Origin: an uncultured Clostridia bacterium | Lineage (GTDB): Bacteria > Bacillota > Clostridia > Oscillospirales > Acutalibacteraceae | Direction: 5' to 3' | Assembly (NCBI GenBank): GCA_947628175.1 | Contig: CANQZA010000001.1 | Coordinates: 4,883 to 68,882, forward strand | Length of the DNA: 64,000 nt | Position numbers and translations under genes: made by a program | Part shown: piece by piece, positions 1 to 10,090 of the stretch | Position numbering within the stretch: the first letter of the stretch is position 1 | How the letters are laid out: the number at the start of each line of letters is the position of its first letter | The notes under the pieces: model-generated | The model's input: only the letters and a program-made list of their open reading frames with translations | Told to the model about the DNA's origin: nothing | Databases searched by the model: none

Positions 1-34
1 CCTGCATTATTTTTTGCAGAGGCGTTCTATTTAT

Positions 35-658
35 TTACAGCTTTTCAACATCAATTACTGCTATCTTTTCCATAAACTGTTTTGGAGTAATCACTTCGCC
101 CATATCCATAAACTCGTCCATATTGAGATTAAAATTATTGACATATACGCGAACATCTTTATATTCAATATCAATATGAAGTTTTTTAGCATCACGCGCC
201 ACCTGCTCAGGATCACAGGATACGGCGTCATAAATTTTGCTTACAAGAACCTGGCGGTTTTTTACATATTCGAGAATAACATTTCTTGTTGACTTTGACA
301 CGGATATATAGCTGTCATCGGTTTTTGAAAGCGCCTGCGCCATTGTGGTCTGCGCAACTGCCTTGCACGCTCCCGAATTAACAAAAAATTCATTGATAAA
401 AATGGATTCAAGCCTGCTTGTGTCATCGGGAACAATTATGGCAAAAATATATTTAGACAACTTATTGCCGTAAATATTCTTCATAAATTCTTTAAAATAA
501 TACTGCCCCTGGGCAATTTTTTCGGCAAACTGATGATAAAAAGGTATGTTGGAAACAGGATTTACAGACGGCATTGAAAAGGTTTTGAATTCATCATTTT
601 CCTTATTCTTGATAAGAATATTTGAATTCGTTATTATCATCGGTACTGTTTTTGCCAT
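35..658 (-). CDS. Degenerate, truncated MreB/actin-fold-like protein (207 aa)
   Basis: NSNILIKNK..SMPSV and IFAIIVPDDTSRLESIFINEFFVNSGACKAVAQTTMAQAL follow the MreB pattern TANTLIY..EPSV / RVVICVPSGITEVEKRAV..AGAREVYLIEEPMAAAI. The DLG and DIGGG phosphate loops are absent. Confidence 0.5.
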   Translation of the reverse strand: MAKTVPMIITNSNILIKNKENDEFKTFSMPSVNPVSNIPFYHQFAEKIAQGQYYFKEFMKNIYGNKLSKYIFAIIVPDDTSRLESIFINEFFVNSGACKAVAQTTMAQALSKTDDSYISVSKSTRNVILEYVKNRQVLVSKIYDAVSCDPEQVARDAKKLHIDIEYKDVRVYVNNFNLNMDEFMDMGEVITPKQFMEKIAVIDVEKL

Positions 659-794
659 AAGAACACCTCACAAAGCTCATATCTATAATATTTTACAACA
701 TATTATATTTTAAATCAATAAAATTTAAATTTTAAAAAAATATAGTGAAATCACTTACAATATATGGTACAATTATCAAAAAGGAGTGAATAGT

Positions 795-2117
795 ATGCCC
801 GATTCAGAAGAGCTTGATGATATTTTAAAAGAAATTAAAAAAATGGGAAATAATAAATCAAACGATGAAGATTCATCATTTTCCCCAAAACACGACCGTA
901 AACCAGTTGAGGAAGCTGTGGAAAATTTCAATACATCCTCAGTGGAATATCAACAAACAGCATATAACAAAAAAGATGATAAGGAGCCGCTTATGCAAAA
1001 TAACACGAAAAAAATTGTCATAATTGCAATTGCCGCAGTTTTGGTCGTTGCAATAATTATAGGAGTAGTTTTTGCAATCAATAAAAAAAACAAGGAACCT
1101 GAAACCACTCAGCCTGAGACAACGGTATCCACAACCGCCAAAGTGACACAGGCACCCGTAAACAAGGCAAATCCCCTCACAGGCGATGAACATTTCAACA
1201 GCAAGGCGGTAGGAAAGAGACCGATTGCCTGCGTAGTTGAAAATTCAGCCGCCGCAAGACCGCAGTGGGGCATTGACGACGAAAAAAATCCGCCTGATAT
1301 TATTGTGGAAGGCGAGGTTGAAGGCGGAGAAACAAGAATGCTCTGGATGTACGCGGATTACACTGCCGTACCGTCACAAATAGGCCCTATGAGAAGCGCA
1401 AGGCCTCCTTATATTAAATTTTCGGAATTGTTTGACGCCATCTTCCTTCACTGGGGACAAAGTCAAACAAAAAAGGGAACGGCATACATCGGCGCGAATA
1501 CAGTTTTCAGAGTTGATAAGGTTGACCACATCAATCAGATGACCTACGGCGGAAGCGTTGTATTATTCGGGCGCGACGGTTCAAGGGGTGTATCAACAGA
1601 ACACACAGGAGTACTCTACGGAGACAAGATTGAAGCTGCTATCAAAGGGGAAGGCTTCAGAGTAAAGGCCAACGATAAAAAATACACCAAATTCTCTTTC
1701 AACAAAGAAGAAAAGGAACTTGGCAGCACCAAATGCGACGCTCTTGCTCTCACCTTCTCCAACAGAACTGCGACAAGAGACTGGACCTACAACAGTGAGG
1801 ATAAGATGTATCACTGCAGCGACTATAACACAGATGTTACAAGAAAAAATCTTCTTGTTCTTTTTGACAAAACAGAATATATTGCAAAAGCAAATTACAA
1901 AAACAGCGGTTCTTCCGAAATATACTGCGACTATAAGCGCGCAGGCGGGTCAGGCAAGCTTGCCGGCAACGGCACCGTAACAGATATAACCTGGTCGGTT
2001 GAGGACGGACTTCTTGTTGTAAAGGGCAGCGACGGAAAAGAAGTAAATCTCAATGTCGGCACAACATGGATCGGATATGCTTCCTCAAACAACGGCGGCG
2101 CCGTATCCGTGAAATAA
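795..2117 (+). CDS. DUF3048 domain membrane-anchored protein
   Basis: N-terminal acidic tail, one TM segment (IVIIAIAAVLVVAIIIGVVFAI), then RPIACVVENSAAARPQWG..IVEGEVEGGETRML and GPMRSARP. RBS AAGGAG at 781-786 favours ATG 795. Confidence 0.8.
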   Translation: MPDSEELDDILKEIKKMGNNKSNDEDSSFSPKHDRKPVEEAVENFNTSSVEYQQTAYNKKDDKEPLMQNNTKKIVIIAIAAVLVVAIIIGVVFAINKKNKEPETTQPETTVSTTAKVTQAPVNKANPLTGDEHFNSKAVGKRPIACVVENSAAARPQWGIDDEKNPPDIIVEGEVEGGETRMLWMYADYTAVPSQIGPMRSARPPYIKFSELFDAIFLHWGQSQTKKGTAYIGANTVFRVDKVDHINQMTYGGSVVLFGRDGSRGVSTEHTGVLYGDKIEAAIKGEGFRVKANDKKYTKFSFNKEEKELGSTKCDALALTFSNRTATRDWTYNSEDKMYHCSDYNTDVTRKNLLVLFDKTEYIAKANYKNSGSSEIYCDYKRAGGSGKLAGNGTVTDITWSVEDGLLVVKGSDGKEVNLNVGTTWIGYASSNNGGAVSVK

Positions 2118-2131
2118 TCAACCACAAAAAT

Positions 2132-2165
2132 CCCCTGAAGGTTCATTTGACTTGACCCTCAGGGG
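2132..2165. terminator. Bidirectional hairpin between convergent genes
   Basis: cccctga...tcagggg stem with an A-run on the left and a T-rich run on the right. Confidence 0.6.
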
Positions 2166-2180
2166 TTATATTTTACGGCA

Positions 2181-2705
2181 TTATTGGAGATACAAAACTA
2201 TACTTTTGCTTTCAAGCGTCTTTTTAACATCAATGATTCTCTGATTGGACGAACCTCGGAATACAAGAGAGATATCTTTTTTTTCCTCCTCAAATCTGCC
2301 GTCTACAAGTATATCAATAAGACCGAGCATTTCGGCGCTTATGGGTGTAAATGCGCGCGACGGCTTTTCGCCCAGTATTTCGTCTATGGTAAAACCCGTA
2401 TAGCACCATATATCTTTATCGTGAAATTTTTCTCTGAACATAATCAGAAACGGCAAAAGCACCTTCTGATTTTCAGGCTCAAACGGCTCGCCGCCCAGAA
2501 GGGATAAACCGTTAATCCAGTCATATTGACAGGCGTTTATTATTTCTTCCACGGTTTTTTCGGTAAACGGCTTTCCGTAACCAAAATCCCATGTTGCCTG
2601 ATTAAAACAATTTTTACAGTGATGTCTGCAGCCTGAAACAAAAAGAGATGTCCGCACACCCTCACCGTTTGCGATATCATTTGTTTTAATTTCACCGTAA
2701 TTCAT
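2181..2705 (-). CDS. nrdG: Anaerobic ribonucleoside-triphosphate reductase activating protein (radical SAM)
   Basis: MNYGEIKTNDIANGEGVRTSLFVSGCRHHCKNCFN (CxxxCxxC), GLSLLGGEP, RGSSNQR. Lies downstream of nrdD. Start trimmed to ATG 2705. Confidence 0.95.
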   Translation of the reverse strand: MNYGEIKTNDIANGEGVRTSLFVSGCRHHCKNCFNQATWDFGYGKPFTEKTVEEIINACQYDWINGLSLLGGEPFEPENQKVLLPFLIMFREKFHDKDIWCYTGFTIDEILGEKPSRAFTPISAEMLGLIDILVDGRFEEEKKDISLVFRGSSNQRIIDVKKTLESKSIVLYLQ

Positions 2706-2778
2706 AGCTGATAAATGCACAAACCTCCGGAAGCCGTAAGGTTCATTCTCATCCCCTTCAAGCAGCCGGAGGTATTTT

Positions 2779-4941
2779 TTATAAGTGCAGTACCCTTTCC
2801 TTAATTTCCTGTGTTCTGCCCTGATTCCAGAACTGTGTTCCAATATATCCGCATGTTCTGCGGGCAACATTCATTTTATCCTGATCCTCATTGCCGCACT
2901 TAGGGCATCTCCAGATAAGCTTGCCATCCTCATTTTCAACAATCTGAATTTCGCCGTCATATCCGCAGCACTGGCAGTAATCCGACTTTGTGTTAAGCTC
3001 GGCATACATAATATTTTCATAAATATATTTCATGACCTGAAGTACAGCAGGAATATTATTCTGCATATTGGGAACCTCAACATAGCTGATAGCACCGCCT
3101 GTTGACAGCTCCTGAAACGGCGCTTCAAACGAAAGCTTTGAGAAAGCGTCTATATTTTCCGTTACATGAACATGGTAAGAATTTGTTATGTAATTCTTAT
3201 CTGTAACACCCGGAATAATACCGAATCGTTTTTGCAGGCATTTTGCGAATTTATATGTTGTTGACTCAAGAGGTGTACCATAAATACCAAAGCCTATTGT
3301 TGTCTCTTTCTTCCACTTTGTGCAGGCATCATTCATATACCTCATCACATCAAGTGCAAACTGCTTACCGCCGTTTTCATCCGTGTGGCTCATACCGGTC
3401 ATATATTTTGTACATTCATAAAGACCCGCATAGCCGAGGCTTATGGTTGAATATCCACCTACAAGGAGAGGATCAATCTTTTCACCCTTTTTAAGCCTTG
3501 CAATAGCACCATGCTGCCAGAGGATAGGCGCGGCGTCCGAAAGCGTGCCCTTCAGTCTGTTGTGGCGGCACATCAGCGCACGGTAACAAAGGTCAAGTCT
3601 TTCATCAAATATTTTCCAAAATTTTGTTATGTCTCCGCCCGACGAGCAGGCAATATCAACAAGGTTAAGCGTTACAACACCCTGGTTAAATCTGCCGTAA
3701 AATTTATAATTGCCTTGTTCATCCTTCCACGGCGAAAGATTTGAACGGCAGCCCATTACAGGAAAACAGTTGCCCTCCTTAAGCTCTTTCATCTTCTTTT
3801 CAGAAATATAATCGGGAACCATTCTTTTTGCGGTACACCTTGCACTGAGCTCAGTAAGATACCAATACGGAGAATCTTCCCTGATATTATCCTCTTCAAG
3901 AACATAAATCAGCTTCGGAAACGCGGGAGTAATCCAAACACCGCTCTCATTTTTAACACCCTGTATTCTCTGCTTTAGTGTCTCCTCGATAATAAGGGCA
4001 AGATCTTTCTTTTCCTGCTCGTTCTTCGCCTCGTTGAGATACATAAATACGGTTACGAAAGGAGCCTGTCCGTTTGTTGTGAGAAGGGTTACAACCTGAT
4101 ACTGAATTGTCTGAACACCCTTAGAAACCTCCTCGCGGAGTCTGTCCTCTGTTATTTTTGAAATCTGATTTTCAGAGAGCTCAACACCGAATTCGGACTG
4201 TTCACGGATAACCTGCCTGCGTATTTTTTCACGGCTTACCTGAACAAACGGTGCCAGATGAGCAAGCGAGATAGACTGTCCGCCGTACTGACTTGAGGCA
4301 ACCTGTGCGATAATCTGTGTTGCAATATTGCAGGCAGTTGAGAAAGAGTGGGGCTTTTCAATCATGGTATCCGAAATAACCGTTCCGTTTTGCAGCATAT
4401 CCTCAAGATTCACAAGGTCGCAGTTGTGCATATGCTGGGCAAAATAATCGGCGTCGTGGAAATGGATAATGCCCGCCTCGTGAGCATCAACAATATCCTG
4501 AGGCAAGAGGATTCTTTTTGTGATATCCTTTGAAACCTCGCCTGCCATATAATCTCTCTGAACAGAATTGACAGTGGGATTTTTATTGGAATTTTCCTGC
4601 TTTACTTCCTCATTGTTACACTCAATGAGCGATAAAATCTGATTATCTGTAGTATTCGCTTTTCTGATAAGAGAACGGTTGTAACGATATTTCACATAAA
4701 GCCTTGCCACATCAAACGCACCCTGCGCCATAATCTGATTTTCAACAATATCCTGTATTTCCTCTACAGAAAGCGCACGGTTTGCCTTTGAGGTCTTAAA
4801 TTCAACATACTCGGCGATTTCGTTAATCTGGCTCTGTGAAAGCTGCTCTTTTTTACAGGCGGCATTTGCTTTGGATACGGCAACTATGATTTTGCTGATA
4901 TCAAAATCTACCTCTGCTCCGTTTCTCTTAATAATTTTCAT
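2779..4941 (-). CDS. nrdD: Class III anaerobic ribonucleotide reductase with N-terminal ATP cone
   Basis: ATP cone MKIIKRNGAEVDFD, HNCDLVN, MGCRS, Zn site CQCCG..CPKCG, glycyl-radical loop RRTCGYIG. Confidence 0.97.
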   Translation of the reverse strand: MKIIKRNGAEVDFDISKIIVAVSKANAACKKEQLSQSQINEIAEYVEFKTSKANRALSVEEIQDIVENQIMAQGAFDVARLYVKYRYNRSLIRKANTTDNQILSLIECNNEEVKQENSNKNPTVNSVQRDYMAGEVSKDITKRILLPQDIVDAHEAGIIHFHDADYFAQHMHNCDLVNLEDMLQNGTVISDTMIEKPHSFSTACNIATQIIAQVASSQYGGQSISLAHLAPFVQVSREKIRRQVIREQSEFGVELSENQISKITEDRLREEVSKGVQTIQYQVVTLLTTNGQAPFVTVFMYLNEAKNEQEKKDLALIIEETLKQRIQGVKNESGVWITPAFPKLIYVLEEDNIREDSPYWYLTELSARCTAKRMVPDYISEKKMKELKEGNCFPVMGCRSNLSPWKDEQGNYKFYGRFNQGVVTLNLVDIACSSGGDITKFWKIFDERLDLCYRALMCRHNRLKGTLSDAAPILWQHGAIARLKKGEKIDPLLVGGYSTISLGYAGLYECTKYMTGMSHTDENGGKQFALDVMRYMNDACTKWKKETTIGFGIYGTPLESTTYKFAKCLQKRFGIIPGVTDKNYITNSYHVHVTENIDAFSKLSFEAPFQELSTGGAISYVEVPNMQNNIPAVLQVMKYIYENIMYAELNTKSDYCQCCGYDGEIQIVENEDGKLIWRCPKCGNEDQDKMNVARRTCGYIGTQFWNQGRTQEIKERVLHL

Positions 4942-5006
4942 GATCAATTTTCCCCTTGTCAAATTTGTTACAAAAGGGTTACACGCTTTGCAACCCGACT
5001 GAATTA

Positions 5007-5035
5007 ATAATAACAGATAAGCCCTTCCATGTCAA
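5007..5035 (-). promoter_or_regulatory. Sigma-A promoter of nrdDG
   Basis: TTGACA-17 bp-TATTAT on the minus strand. Confidence 0.65.
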
Positions 5036-5053
5036 TAGCTAAACACTAAAAAA

Positions 5054-5111
5054 ACACAATATATTGTATTTTTTCTTTTTTCAATATACAAAACCGTGTA
5101 GATATAGTTTT
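5054..5111. promoter_or_regulatory. NrdR boxes upstream of nrdD
   Basis: acacaatatattgtat (5054-5069) fits acaCwAtATaTwGtg. A weaker second box (rc aaactatatctacac) lies at about 5096-5111, 42 bp away. Confidence 0.7.
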
Positions 5112-5278
5112 TAATAACTTTTTCTGTTTCACAGAAAAAGTGTAAAATTCTCCCAATAAAAAAGAAAATAAAAGGTTACAAAATCCCGTGAAACATTATT
5201 GTGAAAAACGATGTCAATATAAAACGGGCAGAAAAATCTGTCCGTTTTTTTTTTGAGTATAATCTTTTATGAACTATA

Positions 5279-5857
5279 TTATTTAACAATTGAGACCATT
5301 GTATTGGGAGACATGCCTGCCGCATTTGCCTCATCTGTATCTATATGCATTGCAAGAGCGTAGGAATCAGATACTCTTACCACAACATCATCGAAAATAA
5401 GATTTCTTCCGTTTGATGAGGGAATTTCAACCTTTACAATCTCACCGTTTTCAACGCCGAGTCTCTGCGCGTCTGCGACTGTAGCGTGAATATGCCTCTT
5501 GGCTGCAATAACGCCCTTACTGATTTCGATTTCTCCGGCAGGACCTGCGAGTCTACAGGATCCTGAGTCCTCAAGATCGCCGCTCTCTCTTACAGGAGCG
5601 TTAACACCTATTGCACGGGCATCTGTCAGAGAAAGCTCAACCTGCGTCTCCTTCCTTACAGGTCCGAGAATAGACACTGCCGGAAATTCGCTTTTTGAAC
5701 CGATTACTCTTACTCTCTCATTGCAGGCATACTGTCCCGGCTGTGAAAGCTCTTTTTTAACGGTGAGTGCATACCCCTTGCCGAAAAGTGTCTCCAAATC
5801 TTCCTGTGAAAGATGCACATGTCTCGCAGAAATTTCTGCCACTACTTGATTTTCCAT
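5279..5857 (-). CDS. pduL: Phosphate propanoyl/acetyltransferase PduL
   Basis: RHVHLSQEDLETLFG, LSQPGQYA, ILGPVR..TQVELSLTDARAIG, APVRESGDL, KRHIH, MHIDTDEANA. Confidence 0.92.
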   Translation of the reverse strand: MENQVVAEISARHVHLSQEDLETLFGKGYALTVKKELSQPGQYACNERVRVIGSKSEFPAVSILGPVRKETQVELSLTDARAIGVNAPVRESGDLEDSGSCRLAGPAGEIEISKGVIAAKRHIHATVADAQRLGVENGEIVKVEIPSSNGRNLIFDDVVVRVSDSYALAMHIDTDEANAAGMSPNTMVSIVK

Positions 5858-5960
5858 AAAAATCTCCTTAAAATGAAATATAATATTTACCTTTCATATT
5901 TTATACCTTATTACATTGTTTTTCAACATAAAATTTGATATAATATCCAAGGTGATGAAA

Positions 5961-6524
5961 ATGACATTGAACGAACTTGAAGCAAAATGCAAAAACTGCA
6001 CTGAATGCGAACTCTGCAAGGGACGGACAAACCTTGTTTTCGGCATGGGGAAGGAAGACGCCGATATCATGCTTGTAGGCGAAGGCCCCGGAGAAAGCGA
6101 GGATTTGCAAGGAAAGCCGTTTGTGGGAAGATCGGGACAGCTTCTGGATAAATTTCTTGCCGCGGTGGATCTTTCAAGAGACAAAAATGTTTACATAGCA
6201 AATATGGTAAAATGCCGTCCGCCGAAAAACCGTGATCCCAAGCCGGAGGAGCAGGACATCTGCATAAAGTGGCTCAGAGAGCAGTTTAAAATAATAAAAC
6301 CCAAAATCGTGGTATGCGTAGGCAGAATATCTGCGCAAAGGCTTATAGACAGGGACTTCCGGGTTACACGCCAGCACGGCGAATTTATCAATAAAAACGG
6401 GACTCTTTTTATGGGTACTTACCACCCTGCCGCCATCTTAAGAAATCCAAACAATAAGGAGTCTGCATTCGGCGACTGGCTCAAAGTGAGAGACAAGATG
6501 GCAGAGCTCGGGATTGAAATATAA
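5961..6524 (+). CDS. Uracil-DNA glycosylase family 4 (Fe-S)
   Basis: CxxCxLC, GEGPG..ED..G.PFVGRSG, NMVKCRPPKNRDP, TYHPAAILR. Start trimmed to ATG 5961. Confidence 0.93.
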   Translation: MTLNELEAKCKNCTECELCKGRTNLVFGMGKEDADIMLVGEGPGESEDLQGKPFVGRSGQLLDKFLAAVDLSRDKNVYIANMVKCRPPKNRDPKPEEQDICIKWLREQFKIIKPKIVVCVGRISAQRLIDRDFRVTRQHGEFINKNGTLFMGTYHPAAILRNPNNKESAFGDWLKVRDKMAELGIEI

Positions 6525-6548
6525 TCACTGTATACTGTAAAAGCGAAG

Positions 6549-6571
6549 GGCTTCCTTTTGGAAGCCTTTTT
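6549..6571 (+). terminator. Rho-independent terminator after UDG
   Basis: ggcttcc-tttt-ggaagcc followed by ttttt. Confidence 0.7.
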
Positions 6572-6662
6572 AATAATCTTTGAAATTTCTTTACTTTTTC
6601 TTTGACAATTCTTTGAATTTATATGATTTAATACAGATACAGACACGAGGAGAGATAGAAAT

Positions 6663-7352
6663 ATGTATAATGTGCTTGTTTGCGATGATGACGAGGCCAT
6701 TCTCGAATCACTGAGAATTTATCTGGAAAGCGAAGGATACAATGTCATAACGGCCTGCAACGGAATTGACGCCCTTGAAAAAATCAGGGGTAATGAAATT
6801 CACTGTGTTGTGCTGGATATAATGATGCCTCAGCTTGACGGGATGAAAACAACGCTTAAAATTAGGGAAAACTTTCATTTTCCAATCATTCTGCTCTCTG
6901 CCAAAAGCGAGGATATGGATAAAATAAGCGGTCTTGGATTCGGCGCTGATGACTATGTCACGAAACCATTTAATCCTCTTGAGCTCACGGCAAGGGTAAA
7001 ATCACAGATCAGGAGATATGTGCATTTCGGTACAATTAAAATAACATCAAATCAGCTTGTAACGGGAGGCGTTATTCTGGATACCGAGAAAAAGGAACTC
7101 ACCGTTGACGGCGAACCCGTAAAGCTGACGCCCATAGAATATAAAATCCTTGAATATCTTATGAAAAATATGGATAAGGTTTTATCATCATCTCAGATTT
7201 ACGAGGCAGTGTGGAACGAGCCGTCGTTTTCATCCGAAAAGACCGTAACGGTACATATCAGAAATCTCCGTGAAAAAATTGAAATTAACCCAAAAGAACC
7301 AAAATATATCAAGGTGGTGTACGGACTTGGATACAAATGCAAAAAGTTTTAA
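6663..7352 (+). CDS. OmpR/PhoB-family response regulator
   Basis: VCDDD, LDIMMPQLDG, LSAK, GADDYVTKPF, C-terminal winged helix VHIRNLREKIE..VYGLGY. Confidence 0.95.
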   Translation: MYNVLVCDDDEAILESLRIYLESEGYNVITACNGIDALEKIRGNEIHCVVLDIMMPQLDGMKTTLKIRENFHFPIILLSAKSEDMDKISGLGFGADDYVTKPFNPLELTARVKSQIRRYVHFGTIKITSNQLVTGGVILDTEKKELTVDGEPVKLTPIEYKILEYLMKNMDKVLSSSQIYEAVWNEPSFSSEKTVTVHIRNLREKIEINPKEPKYIKVVYGLGYKCKKF

Positions 7353-9567
7353 ATACTCCCTCACCTGCAAACTCATCTGCTTTTTTATATCGTTTGCAAC
7401 TTTTATGGCCTCCGCGGGACTCGCCCTGTATACGGGAATGTCCATATCGTACAGATATGAGGACAATTCGGCAAACTGGTATGAGTCCGATATGTTTAAA
7501 AACGAATTCATAAATGATACGCGCCTTATTGCAAAATATACACAGTCGCAGTATATCTTAGATGACGCGCAGCGCAAGAAGGAGAAGATTACTGATGAGA
7601 TATACAACAAATTCCTTGAAAAACGAAAAAGCAATACGGGTGAAGATATCGAGATTTCGGCAACCGTAAATGACTATATAAGCGATTTTTCTTTTTCCGC
7701 GAACGCAAACGATATTGATTCGGTAACAAAAGAGGATATTGAAAATGAATATGATCTATGGATAAATGAAGAATATTATTATATTTGCGATACTAATTTA
7801 TTCCATACTCTTTCCAAATCAAAATCCATTAAATATTACTGTATTGACAACAGAAACAATAATGTTGTTACGAATCTTGAAAACAGACCTTCTGAAAACG
7901 ATATATTGAACAGGGAATTCAGCGCCGTTATACACGCGGGTATTCCCTCTCCAGACACAAGTCTTTCGTACATCTTATCAGATGAAAATATCAATGAGCG
8001 TACCTATAATGATAAAAATACAGACTTATATATCTATATTGATACATCTGTAAAAGCACCCGACAAATATATTGATTTAATAGCATTTATAAACCATTCC
8101 AATAAAATCAATGCCAATCCCGTAAAATATATCGTTTTATCCGCAGTGATGATGATTATTAGCTTTACAGGTGCGTTTATTTTTTTCTCGGCAACAGGCA
8201 AAAAAAGCGCCCTTGACGAAAACGGAAAGCTTATATTGATTGATTATCTCCCGTTTGAACTCCACATTGCAATAGCCGGCGGCGCCATAACAGGATTAAC
8301 TTTACTGATGATAGCCTTAGCGGATACAATGGCACCGTATTACAGATACTATATGCTTTGCGTTGCGGGAGCGCTTACGGCAGGCTGGCTATTGCTGTTT
8401 GAGGTTTCAAGCTCCATCAAAAGATATGCCAAATCGGAAAAAAAGCTTTATAAAGGCTTTCTGATTTACGATATAGGCGCGCTTATTTTTATCATAATAA
8501 GATTTTTTATCCGTTTGGATATCAAGATTGCAAAAAGAAACCACAGAAGATTCAAGGCAATGTTTTATAATCCGAAATCATTTAAAAGAAATGTTACTGC
8601 CGTTAATATCGCTGTTCTTTTTCATATTATCTTCTGGATGTTCTGGTGTATTGTGTTCGCTAACACGATATTATCCCCTGTTTTCAGTTTTATCGCGATA
8701 CTGCCCGTTATTATCGCAATACCGTTTATTATAAAATATTTTATTCAGCTTGACACAATTATCATCGCAAGCGTGAATCACGAAGATTCAGGTCTTGATC
8801 TTCAAAAGCTTCCCCAGTCGCTCAAAATGCTTGCGCAGAGCATGAAATACACAAACAACGAGCTTCAATCCGCCGTAAATCGCGCCGTTAAGGACGAACG
8901 ACTGCGAACAGAGCTTATAACAAATGTTTCTCACGATTTAAAAACACCTCTTACTTCTATAATCAATTATGTTGATTTGCTCTCCCGATGTCCGATAAAA
9001 GATGAAACAGCAATCAAATATATAAAAATACTTGACGAAAAGGGAGCAAAGCTCAAAAGACTGATTGACGACCTGATTGAGGCATCAAAGGTAACCTCGG
9101 GCAATATCCATATAAATCCTATAAATCTGAATCTTTCTGAGCTATGCGTTCAGGCGACCGTTGAAAACCAGACGGAATTTGAAAAATCAGGGCTCGAGCT
9201 CATTATAAAGCCCGGAGAGGAATCACCCATTGTATTTGCAGACGGCGCCAAAACCTTCAGAATCCTTGAAAATCTGCTTTCAAACGCAAGAAAGTACAGT
9301 GCACGCGCAAGCCGTGTTTACGCAAGTGTTTACCGTGAGGGAAAATGGGGCGTGTTTGAAATAAAAAATATTTCTGCACAGATGTTGGATATAACGCCGG
9401 ACGAACTCACCGAACGATTTGTGCGCGGCGATAAAGCACGCGCGCAGGAGGGCAGCGGTCTCGGACTCTCCATTGCTAAGGAGCTTTGCAAGGCCCAAAA
9501 CGGAGAACTTGAAATATCCATAGACGGCGACCTGTTTAAAGCAAAGGTGAAACTTCCCCTTGTGTAA
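7327..9567 (+). CDS. Membrane sensor histidine kinase with large extracytoplasmic and multi-TM region
   Basis: H-box ELITNVSHDLKTPLTSI, N-box ENLLSNARKY, G boxes ERFVRGD..GSGLGLSIA. Likely TTG start at 7327 overlapping the regulator end. Confidence 0.92.
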   Translation: MDTNAKSFKYSLTCKLICFFISFATFMASAGLALYTGMSISYRYEDNSANWYESDMFKNEFINDTRLIAKYTQSQYILDDAQRKKEKITDEIYNKFLEKRKSNTGEDIEISATVNDYISDFSFSANANDIDSVTKEDIENEYDLWINEEYYYICDTNLFHTLSKSKSIKYYCIDNRNNNVVTNLENRPSENDILNREFSAVIHAGIPSPDTSLSYILSDENINERTYNDKNTDLYIYIDTSVKAPDKYIDLIAFINHSNKINANPVKYIVLSAVMMIISFTGAFIFFSATGKKSALDENGKLILIDYLPFELHIAIAGGAITGLTLLMIALADTMAPYYRYYMLCVAGALTAGWLLLFEVSSSIKRYAKSEKKLYKGFLIYDIGALIFIIIRFFIRLDIKIAKRNHRRFKAMFYNPKSFKRNVTAVNIAVLFHIIFWMFWCIVFANTILSPVFSFIAILPVIIAIPFIIKYFIQLDTIIIASVNHEDSGLDLQKLPQSLKMLAQSMKYTNNELQSAVNRAVKDERLRTELITNVSHDLKTPLTSIINYVDLLSRCPIKDETAIKYIKILDEKGAKLKRLIDDLIEASKVTSGNIHINPINLNLSELCVQATVENQTEFEKSGLELIIKPGEESPIVFADGAKTFRILENLLSNARKYSARASRVYASVYREGKWGVFEIKNISAQMLDITPDELTERFVRGDKARAQEGSGLGLSIAKELCKAQNGELEISIDGDLFKAKVKLPLV

Positions 9568-9619
9568 AAGAAGCCGTTGAGAGGATTTGTTAACAAAATA
9601 TTAAATTCAAAATTTGTTA

Positions 9620-9648
9620 TTGACATCGGTTTGGTTATATGCTACATT
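9620..9648 (+). promoter_or_regulatory. Sigma-A promoter of the GntR/ABC operon
   Basis: TTGACA-17 bp-TACATT with extended TG. Confidence 0.65.
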
Positions 9649-9656
9649 CTAATTGT

Positions 9657-9689
9657 GATAACTGTGATATTATAGATATCACAGTTATC
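9657..9689. promoter_or_regulatory. Operator palindrome, probable YtrA-type GntR site
   Basis: Perfect 14-bp inverted repeat gataactgtgatat-tatag-atatcacagttatc just downstream of the -10. The core TGTGATA-N7-TATCACA resembles YtrA-family operators. Confidence 0.75.
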
Positions 9690-9715
9690 TATTTTGACAG
9701 AGAGGAGCCATAATT

Positions 9716-10090
9716 TTGATTTTTATTGATTATCACAGCAGAGTTCCTATCTATGAACAAATAAAAGAACAGATAATAATGCTTATAAATGAAGGCGTGT
9801 ATAAGCCGAATGACCAACTTCCTTCAATAAGAGCTCTGTCAAACGAGCTTAACATTAATGTTAACACAATCAAAAGAGCGTTTTCAGAACTGGAAAATGA
9901 CGGTGTTACATATTCAGCACAGGGCAGAGGCATTTTTATTAACAAAAATCCGTTGGCAAACACGCGTATTGCGGAATCGGCACTTTTAAATATAAAATCC
10001 GCAATACTCTCAGGAAAAGCTAAGGGCGTTTTAAAAGAAACCATAGAAACTCTGCTCAAAGAAATTTATGAAACGGGTGAAAAGCTATGA
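9716..10090 (+). CDS. GntR-family (YtrA subfamily) transcriptional regulator
   Basis: PIYEQIKEQI..G..KPNDQLPSIRALS.EL.INVNTI.RAFSELE..G; short C-terminus; heads an ABC operon. Confidence 0.92.
   Translation: MIFIDYHSRVPIYEQIKEQIIMLINEGVYKPNDQLPSIRALSNELNINVNTIKRAFSELENDGVTYSAQGRGIFINKNPLANTRIAESALLNIKSAILSGKAKGVLKETIETLLKEIYETGEKL

Noticed and set aside
2140-2160. GGTTCA-TT-TGACTTGACCC as an IS3-like end junction
   Set aside because: Too short, no transposase or target duplication, and explained by the terminator hairpin
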